64,000 nt of DNA, from assembly GCA_009914755.4 (NCBI GenBank), contig CP086569.2:22208001-22272000 (forward strand), given 5' to 3'. Both the position numbers and the translations under genes were made by a program. The notes below the pieces were generated by a model that had not been told where the DNA came from, made no database searches, and saw only the letters and a list, made by a program, of their open reading frames with translations. Shown here in pieces: positions 36,660 through 50,694 of the stretch (position 1 is its first letter; every line of letters starts with the position of its first letter). Source of the DNA: the human T2T-CHM13v2.0 reference genome, Homo sapiens.

Positions 36660-37300
36660 CAGTTGTTAGAAGTAAGTCCCAACATAACAGTAATTATTGA
36701 TAGAGCAGGAGCACTGGCATCTCAGACAAACACCATCCCTTTAAATTCCATCTCCTTTTCTGGCCACATGTATTTCAACGAAATCACTTCTCTCCTAACT
36801 ACAAGCAGCCAAAAAGAGCAGACATTACAACGCAAATAAGACATCTCAGCACACAGCGAGGTGAAGGAAAAGTCCCTTGAGTAACTGCCAAATTTTCCCT
36901 CATACAATGGGCCCCAGTAAAACACTGGGCCTTGTTAGGCACATTCCTTTCCCTTCAGGTGCACTAAGATAGGGAAGCTAAAAGCAGACTGGGGGAATAA
37001 GCATGCAGCTGCAGAAAGATGTATGGGAAGACACACAACTCTCCCTCCCAGACAAGCACAACAAAGAGACACAGAAGCAGCCCAAGCCTTTGATAAACTC
37101 TCCCACCCTGAATCCTTAAGAACTGTCAGTCTCTGAGAAAGTGTGCCTCTGACCTAACTTAGCCAGAAGGTGCCCTCTCAGGTTTGTTTTCTCTAAAATA
37201 AATCTGTCCTTACTGGTGAGCCACTTTTTGTGTTTCTTCCCTCTCTCTTTACATCTTACAATCATAATAAATGTAAATGATCTAAACTCACCCATTAAAT
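36660..37300 (-). mobile_element. Unclassified LTR-sized interspersed repeat, copy 2 of 2 (inverted relative to 15615-16270)
   Basis: The reverse complement aligns with 15615-16270, for example 'cttaaggattcagggtgggagagtttatcaaaggcttgggctgcttctgtgtctctttgttgtgcttgtctgggagggagagttgtgtgtc'. Confidence 0.6.
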
Positions 37301-37913
37301 ATCAGCTAAACAATACTTACAAGAGAGAAGCCTAATGCATCAAGCACATAGGGACTGAAAATAAAAGGATAGAAATAAATAAACTAGTAAACACTAACCA
37401 ATAGAAAGATGATATGTTTATATTAATTCTATAAAAACTAAGCTTTAATTCAAGAAAATACATATTTTTAAAGATAGAGAAGGGCCACTTCCTCATGGAA
37501 GTCTTCCTTCAACAGGAAGTTAGTTACCTAAAATATGTGTGCACCTAACAAAATAAGTACACGTATACACTCAAAAAGGATAAAATTTCAGGGATATATA
37601 TTTTTTAATCTACCCATACGGTTATTTTATGTGTCAGTTTGACTGGGTCACTGTGTGCCCAGATGTGTGGTCAGGCATTATTCTGTTGCGTCTGTGAGGG
37701 TGTTTCTGGATGAGATAAATGTTTTAGTTCATGAGTAAAGAAAGATATAAGAAATGGGTAGAACTGAAAGGATGAAATAAAGGGGAATTCCTCCTTCCTG
37801 ACTGTATTTGAGCTAGGACTTTGAATTTTTCTGCCTTTAGATTCAAGCTAAAACCTTGGCTCTTCCCAGATCTAAAGGTTGTCAGCCTTCAAACCGGTAA
37901 CACAACATTCATT

Positions 37914-37995
37914 GACCATCCTGGTTCTCTGGCCTTTGGACTCAGACTATTACTGACCATCCTGGTTCTCTGGCCTTTGGACTCAGACTACAACT
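37914..37995. repeat. Tandem duplication, 2 x 41 bp
   Basis: 'gaccatcctggttctctggcctttggactcagactattact' is followed by 'gaccatcctggttctctggcctttggactcagactacaact'. Confidence 0.9.
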
Positions 37996-38100
37996 ATACT
38001 ATCAAACCTCCTAGGTCTCCAAATTGCCAACTGTATTTTTTAGAACTTGTCAGCCTTCATAACTGCAGGAACCAACTTTTTATAATCAATTTCCTTCTCC

Positions 38101-38260
38101 ATATATTTGTGTGTGTCTATATACGTATATTATATGTATATACGTATATAGACACACACACATGCACATATATACACCATGTATATATGTGCATGTGTGT
38201 GTGTGTGTGTGTGTATATATATTTGTGGGCATCTGTGTATACACACACACACATATATGC
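38101..38260. repeat. Compound (TG)n/(TA)n/(CA)n microsatellite block containing a perfect 23-bp-arm palindrome (38108-38160)
   Basis: 'tgtgtgtgtctatatacgtatat' + 'tatatgt' + 'atatacgtatatagacacacaca'; the second arm is the exact reverse complement of the first. A (TG)13 run and more TA/CA runs follow. Confidence 0.9.
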
Positions 38261-41200
38261 ATCATATTTATTTCTGCTACTGCAGAGAATCCAGAATAAT
38301 ACAACCCCCAAAATGGGTGATGTCAATAAAATTGGATTCAATAATATTGGAGATAGGTTACATTTACAAAAGAACCTTAAAAACCAGTTTTGAAAAATTA
38401 AACATTCTAATAGATACATATCAACTTCTAAGTACTATAATTAGAGAAAAACAATATTCTCAAACACAAATGAAATTTCACTATTACCATTTTACATTTG
38501 GTCACATGATAGTATGTAAGCAAGTCTTAACAAATGTTGAATAATTAGTGTCATAAACACCCCAAGTTCTTTGACCTCATGCAATTAGGTTGAAGTCAGT
38601 TACAAATGATTTGTTCAGTCACTGCTTATTAGAAAAATGAAAAAAAAAACACAAGAAAGCAGTTCTCATGAATCTTTTGGATCCATACATCAAACAAAAA
38701 TAAAAATAAACATATTCAAATGTACTTACATATGTATAGAAAGATGTAAAATCTTACTGTCTTACTGTGTTATTTTTTGTTATAGCAAAAGCCTTGAAAT
38801 GATGTAATTGTTCATCATGAAATAAGGAATTTCTTTAGTACAGTATTTTGCCTCCAGAAAATGGTATGCGATAGCTGTTCATGTTATTAAAAAGAACAAA
38901 GTTGCTCTTTGTTGATAAAGTACTATTAGGGTGAATAAGGTAAGTACAGAACAGCACATAGAATATACACTCATTTTAACTTGAAAATTGTATGTTTTAA
39001 TATATATTTCCAAGAAATTGAACAAACTTCTATTAGGGACAACTTCAGAATGGAGAATTATACACCTGGGCTCAGGTACCCTGTGGTATTGTCTAATTTC
39101 TTTTTCTTTCATATCCTTTATGCATTTACAACTTAAAAATACTACTAAAATGTAGAATGAATCAAAGAACCCTAGTCTAAAAATATGTCTTCTGAAATGT
39201 TGCCAAATGGCTTTCAGATCCTTCCACGAGTGACTTTTTTCCTTTGGTTTTAGCACTGGCATGTGCATTGGAATTCTCTTCAACATAATCCATCCTCATG
39301 AAAGTATACCATATGATGTCATCAGTAAATTAATGTAAAAAGGAGAATTGGATTTTCAAACCATAATTCTCTGGACTAAAGACACTGGGCGCCAGGGAAA
39401 GGAAAGGAGACACATGGAAAGAAGAAGGTAAGCTAAAAGCACTGGTACTTTCTAGGTCTGACAACAAAATTTCAGGTTGAGACTTCACCGAATGATCTTA
39501 AAACTCTTGAAAGATTTCCTGCAGTCCTTACTTTTTCAGACAAGAGGGTCAAGCTCAGCAATATTCTTTGTTGTAACTCCTGGTCTGAAGGGAAAAATGA
39601 TTGAGATTCTGGGGAAAGTGAATAGAGAACTCTGATGAAAGCCATGGTTAACATAGGCCTGAAGCTTAAAAGCATCAAATTTACATAAACATAATTTTTT
39701 TAAAAACCAGCATAATTTTAATTTTATTGTAGTCATCATTTGCAGACACTGTTTATTTTGGAGAAGTGATTACAGAAATCTGACAAATCAAGGCCTGATG
39801 AGAATACTTAAATTAACCACATTCCAGAAGCCCAAATCTGAAAAGCAAAGGTGTTTCTGATATAACAGCCCAACTTCTGCATTTCTTCTCTATTGGGCAC
39901 TGTAATATTGCACATATGAAAAACAAAATGGAGTGTTAAATAAAAAGTAATGGGATTAAGAAGAGTCATTGCTTAGTGAGTTAAAACAACACACATATAC
40001 ATGGAGAAGAAGAGGAAGACAGTGATAGAAAACATACTATTGATTTAATTCAGAATAATTTTCATTTTTGTCTATTACCATTAAATAGTACCATTACAAT
40101 AATATAATTTTGTAATATTGACTTCCAAAATGTGAGTGGTTTTTATTTTGTATATTTGGAAACCTGAGCAAAGTTCTTTATAAAGACATTTCGTTTTTTC
40201 CCAAATTTGCTAGCTAATAGCTAGCTAAATGCTGGTTGCCTGAATATCTCTCACTAAGTATTTTGTCTTTTCCCATTGATTTTAATATGAACTTGGTTTG
40301 TATTTTCTTGGCATCTTTACTAAATCTACAGATGTTGAAGTTGTTCAGATCTCAGTCATGGATCTTCTTGGGTTTTCTCAAGGCTAAAACACCCTTTCTA
40401 TACTGACCATCAAAAAATTCCCAACTTCAGGCCAGATCTTTGTTCTACCTTCAGAGTTGGCATATCCAACTGCATGCCTTACATCTCCACATACCAAAAC
40501 CAGACCTTCCTTTCATCCTCCAAACATGTTTCCTCCTACAGGATTCCACTATTTCAGAAATTCACCGTGCTAAGTATCCTATATTTCAAGATAGAAATGT
40601 AGAGGATGATCCCTGAGGCAGCCTTTTCTCAATGAGTCTTCATCATTCACATCCAACACTTCACAGTTTGTGTGTCCTCTCCCAAAATTATAGACTTAGT
40701 AAATAAAGTTCCAAAAATATAGACTTAGTAAATAAAGACTCCCCTAAACAACCTTCAATTGTCCACTTTTTTTTTCCAATTCACGTCAGTTTCTTTACAG
40801 AACAGCTGGAGTTCTGCAAAGTCAAAGTTAGAGTAAGTACCAGTTTCTGCCAGTATTACTATTTTCTTTATCACGAGATAAATGTTACTTAAAAACGTGC
40901 ATATGAAGCTATACTAAGTAACAAAGTTAAATGATGTCTCTGTTTTACAGAACAGTACAAGGCAAATAGAATCAATTATTATTATATAATCTTTATAAAT
41001 ACACATACACGTAGTAGATATTTTAGACCCCACTTCATACATCTGCAATTTGGGTCTCAAAATAGTTAGCTTATCTTAAAGTCTAATATCAGATTACAGA
41101 ACTGCGTCTCTCCACAATATCATGCTATCTCCCTTTAAGAACCAGCTGGGGAATCATTAAGAACAAAAAAAATGTCCTTTTCTTGAACATCTCCAAGGTG

Positions 41201-44200
41201 AGCCAAAAATCTAAATTTCCTGTGGAGATGTTGTCATGTGCAACTTCACCAAAACCTTTACAAATTTAACTACAGTTATGCTTCAGTGGTCTAGCTGTTT
41301 ATCCAATACCTGCACACCTGCTTTAAAACAGAAAAATTTGGAAGTTAATACAAATATTAACTCTTATCATTACAGATGCTGACATCTGAAGACGCTTTCC
41401 AATATTCCATAAATATGTGAAATTCAAATGTCAGTACAGTCTCCAAAATGTCAATGTAATCTTAGTAGCAGTGGATCATTTACAGAAGGTAATTTTGCCA
41501 GAGTGGACAAATTTTTTTTAAAATATTGCTATTTTAGACTTACTGATAGCATTAACTTATACACAGTGTATAGCTAGAAACATATTCCTAAAGAAAATGT
41601 TCAGAAATAGGTTTCTTACTTTTTGCTAAATTGCAGACTAGCAGGTTAATTACTCCTGTGAAGTGCTAGATAATTGCGGTAGCATTTACCAAGAATGAGA
41701 AAGAAGATAGGGGCATATGACTTGAGAAGGTGGGAGTGAGGAAAAGATAAGGTATTTATTCCTGACTCCTGACTTGATGTTCTTTGTTTGATTCTTTTGT
41801 TTTTGTTGTTGTTGTTTTACTTTATCTTATGTGTCAGACCAGAGCTTCACAAACAGCCCCAAATAATTACATGGGTCATAAAAAACATATCCAGACAATT
41901 CTCATTATTTTCCATCAAAATCCTGGTTCAATCATTTGAAATGAGACCTGGAGAACCAGCAATTCTAACAAGTATGCTAAGCCATTGTTACCAAAATGAC
42001 AATTGTGAAATATTTAGAAAACCAGGCAGGAGTCAGGTAATCAATATTTAATGATTGGTTCTTGCTGTAAGGGTAAAGGATTTTATTGAAATGACTATTT
42101 AAATTCAAGTTTTATGAAAAAGAATTGAGCACTTTAGTGCTTTCTCATTAATATCTTTAAAGTATGTTTTGCTAAAGTGGAAAAATTATCTTTTCATTAG
42201 AAGTTAGCATTATGGCCACAGATGACTTCTGAGTTAGCTTTTTGAAAATCTTCAGATCGTAAATTATAAAAATTATCTTGGGGGTTTATAAAATTCCAGA
42301 AAATCACTAAGAAAAATATACATAAAAATACCAGCTTCCAAATCAATCAAAATAACACTTACAAATAGACAAGAAAATATATAGACAATCTAGACCAGTA
42401 GAGGAAAACAGGACAGGTAAATGGATCCATTTTAGAAAAGATGAAAATTAAACGACCAATGGAAAATGGCTAGATGTTTGAGCTCATTAGTAATCCGGGG
42501 ATATAAATCAAAACCACATTACATTCCAACTTTTGTTCATTAGTTTGGCAACTATTAAAATAATAATAACAAGTGTAGTCAAGGGTATAAGGAATGGAAA
42601 TTTGGTTCCATCAATCACAGGACTATCTAATGATATTTAGTAAAATTAGGGTGACTAAAACTTTGGTTGTTCCAATGGAAACTTTTTTTAGAACAAAGGG
42701 TACTAACATATATAAAATTATTTACTATTTATTATATTATTTCCTTACAGGTTTTTTTATTGTATTGATGGATCTATGAAATAGTTATCTTCCAACTATT
42801 TTTGAAAATAAAATGCTTCAAAAATTTAAAAACCACAATTACATATCTTGAGGCAAAACAGAAAAATAACTTCTTTATATTTATTATTTAAATATTTAAA
42901 ATAGTAGGCAGAATAATTATTCTAGAACATATTTACATGAATTAATCTGTTTCTTAACAATAATTATCTGTAGTTCTTTTCTGGAAAATGCATTTATTTT
43001 AATATTATATTGATTTTTAAATAAAGTTACTTGAGCTTTTCCGAAGTTGCTTCTTCTTGTCACCAATAAAAGTTATCAACAATGTTTAGCTTTTTAAGTG
43101 AACTTTAAAAAGCATTTATCATATTGTTCAATTTTTTTTCTGGCACAATAATATTTCCACAGCTTTATTTTGGTCCCAATGATTGACTAAAAATTCAAAC
43201 CACATTTTAATTCAATTTTCTGTTTGAAACATCTAAATGGCATTATCCAACTCTTTTGGAATTTATTCTGTTAATGGAGCTTATGGTGCTTACATACTAA
43301 CAATTACTGATGAATATTTCTTAAGTGCAGAAAAATTAGAATTAAAAATGTACACAATTGATTTTAAAAAATAGTAATTTGATGTAAATAAAAAGCCAGG
43401 CCTCTCAGAATTATATGCTTAATTTTTCCGAAGTCACACACTAAACCTGTGAAAATGTCATCTTCAGGCATAGTTTTCTTAATGTAACTAAGTATTACCT
43501 TCTTAAATAGCAGCTGGTTTTTCCCCTCAACCCTCCATATTCTGGATTTCAGGATATCACTTTTAGCCTTATGGTCCCAACATGGACTACAAGGCTTTAT
43601 GATTATGCCATGTGTTTATTGGCACCTTTCAGCCCATAATTTGATTGAAAGGGAAATTGAGCAGTTTTTGATTAAATATCTAGTTGGATTTTTATGTCAT
43701 TGCTGCTGAAACAGATTTTTTTAAAATAGTCATTAGCAAGCAACCTATAAGTAAATAGTTGTAGGTATACGAGAGATGACAAAACCCCTGTGGCCAGACA
43801 AATTAACTACGCTTTGTGTGCTAAGCTTCTATTTCTAGCACATAATTTACATATATCTAGCCTACTATTTCCTTCATTTTCCCCAAACCCACCATATGAT
43901 GATCTGGCAGTGTCACGTGAGTGAGCCACATAGAAAAAAAAAAATATGTTAAATACTTCTTCCATCACCAGGCAAGACTGGAAGAAGCTAGCCATTACTA
44001 GCCAATACTGACTCAGCGTATATTGATTTATTGTCAAGCACTCTGCTACATGCTGTCCTTGAAAATGAAGCATTAACTATGTTTTGTATAAACTGTGTTA
44101 GGAAAATAAAGTTGATTTTCAGACTTATCCCCCTATTCAAGTCATCATTCTGTTAATATTTTATTTTCCTCACATACTGATAGAGCCCTGACAATAGCTA

Positions 44201-47200
44201 TCTATAATTATTAAACAAAATGAACATTTAACAAACACATGCTGGTTCTAATCAATGTAACTTATAATAATACTTCATTAAAAATGAAAAACCTAAGACA
44301 AATGCAAAGCTGATTAGCATGGATGAACAACAGTAACAAAGTGGTAGCCCTGGGAGCTAATGAGAATATTTTATCCCCTCAAAGTTAAAACTGTATGCAC
44401 ACTGCAGTCCAGCCATTCTTCTAGTATTTTCATTATAAACTCTCACACATGTGTACCCAGAGGCATAGGGAAGGTTTTTCATTGTAGCATTTCAATAAAC
44501 ACATAATGGAACATAATGAAATTCAGTAGACTGAGAACTATGCCATCAATAATGGCAGCTCTCAACAAAAATGTTAAGAAAAAAATAAGTGTAATAATAT
44601 ACACCTTATAACATTTACATAAACATTAAAAATTCACAAAGCACCAGTCTCCTGACTGTCTTTAAAAGTATAAAAGATGGGATAGCTACCTTTATGCAAA
44701 TTAACTAGACTTCAGTTGCACTAATTAAGAGAACAACAGCTGAGTCAATCACATGATAATAGGCAAGTTATAATTGATGTCAAAATTCTACCTTATTATA
44801 TATTAACTTCAAAATCATATCACAAGTTTTCTTCTATTTTGAGAAACATCACTTTACTAATAAATAGAACAAAGATTGATTTTGCAGATTTGCCTGATTT
44901 CAATAGAGCATATTTCATCTTCAAATATGATAAGCACTTTCCAATCCATAAAACACTGTTAGAAAAAACTCTCAATCAGGCTAGACACACATTTCAAAGA
45001 GCCTGTGAGTTTGCAAATCATGTATGCCACACTCTCATGCTACCATGATAAAGCATAGCGCTTACATAGTGTTTCTTAGCTTGAAAGAGTCTAGGAACTT
45101 TAACTAATTAATCCTTAGACTAACCAGTGAGATAGTGATAAGAAGTTCCATGAATAGATCATTTAACTATATAATCCACACTTCCTTAAATGTAATTCAG
45201 CTTATGTGTCACGTTGTGTTTTCCTAGCTTTCTATTTCAATCTTCAGAGAAATAATATTTATGTGTGACTATATCATGCATAGGCATCTATTATGAATAC
45301 AATTACGTAGACTGCACTCTGTCTGCTACTAAAAGCTAGCAGATATATGCACAGCCAATACATAAAAAAGTCTGGTATATTCTGCTGTATTTTCTTTTCT
45401 TATTTATTTCATATCTTATTTTCAGGTATTTCAGAGCAGACTTGTTAGATTTGAGTAGGCTAAAACTTTTTAAAGGAGGTATTACAATTCTCTTTTTAAT
45501 TTTTATAATTACTTTAGTTTTTTGGAAAGTGTATTAAAATTAAACTTCTATAATTATGCTGAATGTAAAAGAATATTATATGTGAATGCTTCACCCAAAT
45601 GAAATAATATTTAATATTCAATTTAGAATTCTCTCTAGTAGAATTTCCTTCTCTGCAGGTAGCTGGCTACAGGGGTCTAGCAAAACCAATCTATTTTTGT
45701 GGTAAAGGCAAATACTGGGTTACTCAGGAAAGAACTCTTTCAGTCTGCAAAGCACAGTACATCTTTTCTCTGAGCAGAATAAATTCTTATCCAGTTTTAC
45801 TGTTCAATTAAATATTCAATTGAAGTTAATTGTTTTCTTTTTTATTACAAAGAAAATCTGGTTAATTTCTACTTATTTGTACTAAATATATTCTCTGTAA
45901 CTACCTAAAATTACATAGACATACACACACACATACAAAAGACTCAGTACAACTGGAAGACCAATGTGTACATGTGATCTGCTAAAAAAAAATAAATAAA
46001 TAAAAATAAAAAAAATTCTACTCTATTATTTTCATTATAGGATATAGTTGAAATTCGATCAATGGCCAATTTGAAATGAGTGTCTAAGACATCACTGGAG
46101 AAAGTATGTACGATGCAAAAAACATTTCTCTATGCATATACTTTATTTGTAAATACATTTATACTGTAGAGTTAAAATGGTTAACTTTTTTGTCAAAGAC
46201 TGGTACTGGCTAAAATTTTGTTTCTTAATATCTGTATCCCATTTGTGTTTTGTATCTTATAATCCTTTTATGCTATATCTAAGATTTAAAATGTTTTAAA
46301 CATTGGATGTTTGTCTTTAGTGGAAGTGTGGGGGACCCATGCGGTTGCTGTTTAGGGGATCTCATCTAAAGAAAGAAGTTAGTAACACGCAGCTGAGCAG
46401 GCAGTGGGCAGTGGTCCAGTGCTAGGTTTTTAGCTGTGACATGTATAAGTTTCTCAGGAATTCTCAGAAGTATTTGACGGAAATGAAACTGGTTTACCAA
46501 TGCTCTTTAAAAAAATCAGCTAAAGAATTATCCTATAATGTCCTGAGGAGAAAAATGAGCAAGGCACATAATTTGAGACAGGAAAAATACTAGGTGATTG
46601 CAGGAGAAAAGACAATCTCAAGCAGCAGTTTCACATGACAAGCAAAAATACACCCTTAAAGTAGCTGCATAAACTGGAAGCTGATAAGATTCCCACAAAC
46701 AAGAGTGTGGGCAAAGCTGGATAGCAACAACTGGACCCAATATGGTGTTGGATTTGAGCTAGGTTTCGCCTTGGAGAAAATACCAAAAAAAAAAAAAAAA
46801 ATTACTGTTGCTACCGTGCAGCCCCACTACTACAGTGCAGCAGAGCCACTGATCAAAGGCAGCAACTGCTTAAGTATGGCTGGTTCACATGTGAAAACTA
46901 CAAATCCCTGTTTGTTTAATTCATGTTTACTTTTTCTGTTATATAAAGTAAAAATTATTCCTTGCTGACACAGTGTTTCATTTTTCTTCCTTATTCCATA
47001 CCATTTACTTTCTTCTCACATTAGTTATAGTTTGTAACTTGTTTTGTCAAATATATGCAATGAGATAACACTGCAGTATTGTAGAAAGCACACTGCATTG
47101 GAAACAGACTCATATTGCAACAGGAAAATGCTGGAGGGCACACACCTGGAGAACTCAAGGCTCAGGGAAGAGCCTGCAGTGAGAAATCACAGGCCATCCC

Positions 47201-47269
47201 TGTTCTGGGGGAGAAAGGCCCATCAGGGAACAGTAACACTCATACTTCAGAATTGGGGAACCTGAAGTG

Positions 47270-47372
47270 ACCTAAGAGGTGGGCTTTAATGCTCAGCCAC
47301 ATTCCCTCGCTAGACACACACAGAAGGTCCCCTGCCATTTAACTGATCATCTACAGTGGGATTTATTTTTAC
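47270..47372 (+). repeat. Arm A of an inverted repeat. Its reverse complement matches 52000-52090, immediately upstream of repeat B2.
   Basis: The reverse complement of 'ggtgggctttaatgctcagccacattccctcgctagacacacacagaaggtcccctgccatttaactgatcatctacagtgggatttatttt' reads 'aaaataaatcccactgtagatgatcagttaaatggcaggggaccttctgtgtgtgtctagcgagggaatgtggctgagcattaaagcccacc'. The 52000-52090 arm reads 'aaaataaatcccactgtagatgatcaattaaatggcaaggaaccttctgtgtgtgtccagcgaagcaatgtggctgagcattaaggctcacc'. Confidence 0.85.
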
Positions 47373-50204
47373 TTTTTACCAAGGCTCAACGGATAGCTGC
47401 CTCATTGTCTGCAGAAGAACACAGAGCTCTGTGGGGCTGTGGGAAAAGAGAGCTGACCTGCCCCCTTCCAAGAAAAAACCACCCTCCTTAGATGTCAGTG
47501 CCTTGAAGGGATGGGTTTGGTGTATTAATAAGAAAGAGTGCATTGGACTGGATACTAAGAAATGTATTGCATCATTTTTCTTGTCCTCTATAACATGAAA
47601 GGTCAATTAGAGATATAGAAACAATGGAACATTTCACAGCATGGCCTGACATTTCACTGCACTTTTATCTTTTTAACCATGTACCAAGTTCATTAAATAT
47701 GCAAAGGTAGGACTGTTATAGGACGAAAGTGGTGGAGTCAGAGGTCACAATCCACAGAAAGCTGACAGTCCCTTGTGGATGGGAACCTGAGTGCTGAATT
47801 AGAGTGAGAATCAGCTTTCAGGCTACCAACAGGGGACAAGGAGAATGAAGCTATCAGCAGTTAACAATATTGGATTAATTGAAATGATGTTGACAGAGAT
47901 TTTGTTAGCTTTACATCAAATTGAGTATAGTACTTCAAATTGAGTATTTGATAAGGGTAAACTCTTGTCAAATTTCCCACGTGTAAAATTGAGGATTAAT
48001 TCAAAGATTACACAACCCATACATATGAGTATCTCATTTAAATTTATATGCACAAGTGCAAACTTGCAGTGTGTAAATATTTGTCTACATCTAAATGTAT
48101 CCAAATCCATTGATCAACAGTTAGAAATTTAGAAATTATTCTCCCATTTTACCATTCCCTTTCCTAGAATTTTGTCAGAAATATAATTTTTCCATCTGTT
48201 TGAATCCTACTTTCTGGAAGCATGTAATGTATGGATATAGTAAAGCCATGAGAAATCCCAGAGTTTGTATCAGAGAAAACATTAACACTGGTTTTATAAA
48301 AGATCCATTTTGAGGAGAAATTTATACTTCACATGACTACAAATACAGAAGTATTAATTCATCGAAAGCTAATATCACTCAATACAATTTGTTTTTAATG
48401 TTTTATTTAAAATATGTAATCTCAAACGATTACTCGAGTAGAATAATGTTGTTGGTAATAAACAATTATTAAGAATTTCCTTTAATTTGTTGATTATTTA
48501 AAATGTAAGTAAAATACTAAAAAGTAGTAGTACTAAAAAGCAGCCATGTAGTTTCTCTATGGTTTTTTTTTAAATTAATAGTATCAATGGAATTCTTTTA
48601 CACAGAGAAATCTCCTTATATCATTTTATTATTATACTTTTACTTTATTACTTGCTTGCATGTCGCAACTGATAGAAATAAAAATATTTTTATTTATACA
48701 TATATAAAGCATGGATTTTTGTTTATGTTTTCTAGTGAGAGAAAGTCACCAATAATTTTATCTATATAGGAAAATTTTGACAAGCCCAAAATTCTTAACT
48801 TTCTTTTCTTTTGAAGGTTCTTATTTCAGTCTAGGTATGAGATGGAATTGACTGTGATCACTTTTTTATTTCACTATGACTACGGAGTTTCTGATACAGT
48901 GCTACAAATGTATAGACTTAAAAACTTGCTTTCTTCTTCTTCTTCCTTTGGACCTGAATCATGTGATTTCTGCAGTAATGTGCACTGTTATCTGAAATGA
49001 GGTTGCTGAAAGATACAAGCATAAATGGAATTTTTTACTTCCGTGAACCTTTAGGAACAACAAGTGAAGCTGTAAGATAATCATGATATGAACTTAAATC
49101 CACAGTTTCTCACAGAAGCACATAAGGGTGAAAATGCATTTAAAAATACATGCCACATCCAAAACATGAGGTAGGAAAATGAAAAGTTTATTTTGACATA
49201 AAGAACAGTTTAAAAGCTATGATTATTTCTGGTGAGAGCAACTAGCACTAAAAATCCTATTTTCTCTGTTTTAATACATGAAACTATTAATGTATCTTCA
49301 TGCTCTAAAAAGAGTTAGCTCTAACTTAAGCAACAACTTTACAGCCATTTCAAACACTGGGTGCATCATCTTAGAATTTCTCCAAGAATCTTTTGGGAGA
49401 AATATAATGTAATCTTGCTCTATAAACAATTGAATTAATCAATGAAATTATTATGACTGTAGTCTTGCAATTTCATTGTCCTTCTCTTTTCGGTTTTTAC
49501 ATATTCTGATTAAAATTCAAAAGCCCCTAGGAAGCATATGATAAATAACAATGACCGAAACAGCTGAAAAATCAAAAATGAGCAGCAGACACATTTCAAG
49601 GTTTCCTTTATGAGAATGCTACATTGACCATATGACATACACATGATATCAATCCCTGTGAGAAAATAATATTTGGGTAGCACTTGACAGTTCATCCAGT
49701 AACAGCAAATATTCTCATTTGACCTTCAAAAGGAATTTTAAACTTGTGTTTCATAAGTGACGAAAATGTGATTTAGTAACAGAAATCAGAGCTGTTACAT
49801 CTCTTTAAGAACATGTCAACCAGTAAAGCAGAGGCATGAGTTTTCTTCTGGAGTGAAGAAGGCAATGTTTATTAAAATCATGAGTCTTTTTTTAATGTTT
49901 CATCTTTTATTAATGTTTTGCTTATCAAAATCGTTGCCCTTATTTGCAGTTATATTGCCTGTATTTGCCTATTACAGCAGTTATCACACTTACTATTCCT
50001 CATTTATCTCTGTACCTGTTTCTACTGCACACTCAAAATAGCAAGGAAACAGTGTTTTTCTGAGCTTCTTGCAGACTGCCAGGCTTATTGTGGCATTTAG
50101 AAACTATCTGCTGAATGTTTGTGACATTTTCATTTAAGTTACATTCTAGGCCACTTGATTCTCATTTTCTATTTAGTATTTGGGTTTGGAGAGCTATTTT
50201 TAAT

Positions 50205-50645
50205 TTTAAGGTTTTTTTTTTCTTTTTTTTTTTTTTGTTTTATTATCCTGTAAGTTCTAGGGTACATGTACACAACGTGCAGGTTTGTAACATAGGGATA
50301 CATGTTCCATGTTTGTTTGCTGCCCCTATCAACTCGTCATTTACATTAGGTATTTCTCCAAATGCTATCCCTCCCTCAACCCCCCACCCCCGCGACCGGC
50401 CTCGGTGGGTGATGTTCCCTGCCCTGTGTCCATGTGTTCTCATTGTTCAACTCTCACTTATCAGTGAGAACATGCGGTGTTTGGTTTTCTGTCCTTGTGA
50501 TAGTTTGCTTAGTATGATGGTTTCCAGCTTCATCCATGACCCTGCAACCGCAATGAGATACCATCTCATGCCAGTTAGAATGGCGATCATTAAAAAGTGA
50601 GGGAATAACAGATGTTGGAGAGGATGTGGAGAAATGGGAACGCTT
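50205..50645 (-). mobile_element. L1 3'-end insertion with 5' inversion (twin priming). 50205-50535 is the L1 ORF2 end plus 3' UTR plus poly-A in minus orientation. 50536-50645 is a more upstream ORF2 segment in plus orientation.
   Basis: Poly-T at 50205-50238 is followed by 'ttctagggtacatgtacacaacgtgcaggtttgtaacat', the reverse complement of the L1 3' UTR. This runs up to '...gatggtttccagcttcatccatg'. The orientation then switches to 'accctgcaaccgcaatgagataccatctcatgccagttagaatggcgatcattaaaaag..gatgttggagaggatgtggagaaatgggaacgc', which is plus-sense L1 ORF2 ('[15 protein letters not shown]'). Confidence 0.85.
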
Positions 50646-50694
50646 TTAAGTTTTTTTTTGTTTTTTTAAGTATATTTTAAGGATATACTTACAC

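Noticed and set aside
37821-38544. Overlapping 100-190-aa ORFs on both strands at 37.8-38.5 kb
   Set aside because: They run through (TG)n/(TA)n/(CA)n microsatellite, giving 'CVCVCVYIY'-type translations. These are artefacts of stop-poor repeats.
46786-46801. 16-nt poly(A) preceded by unique sequence; possible tail of a small retroposed fragment or SINE
   Set aside because: There is no recognisable SINE or LINE body or TSD around it. It was left unannotated.
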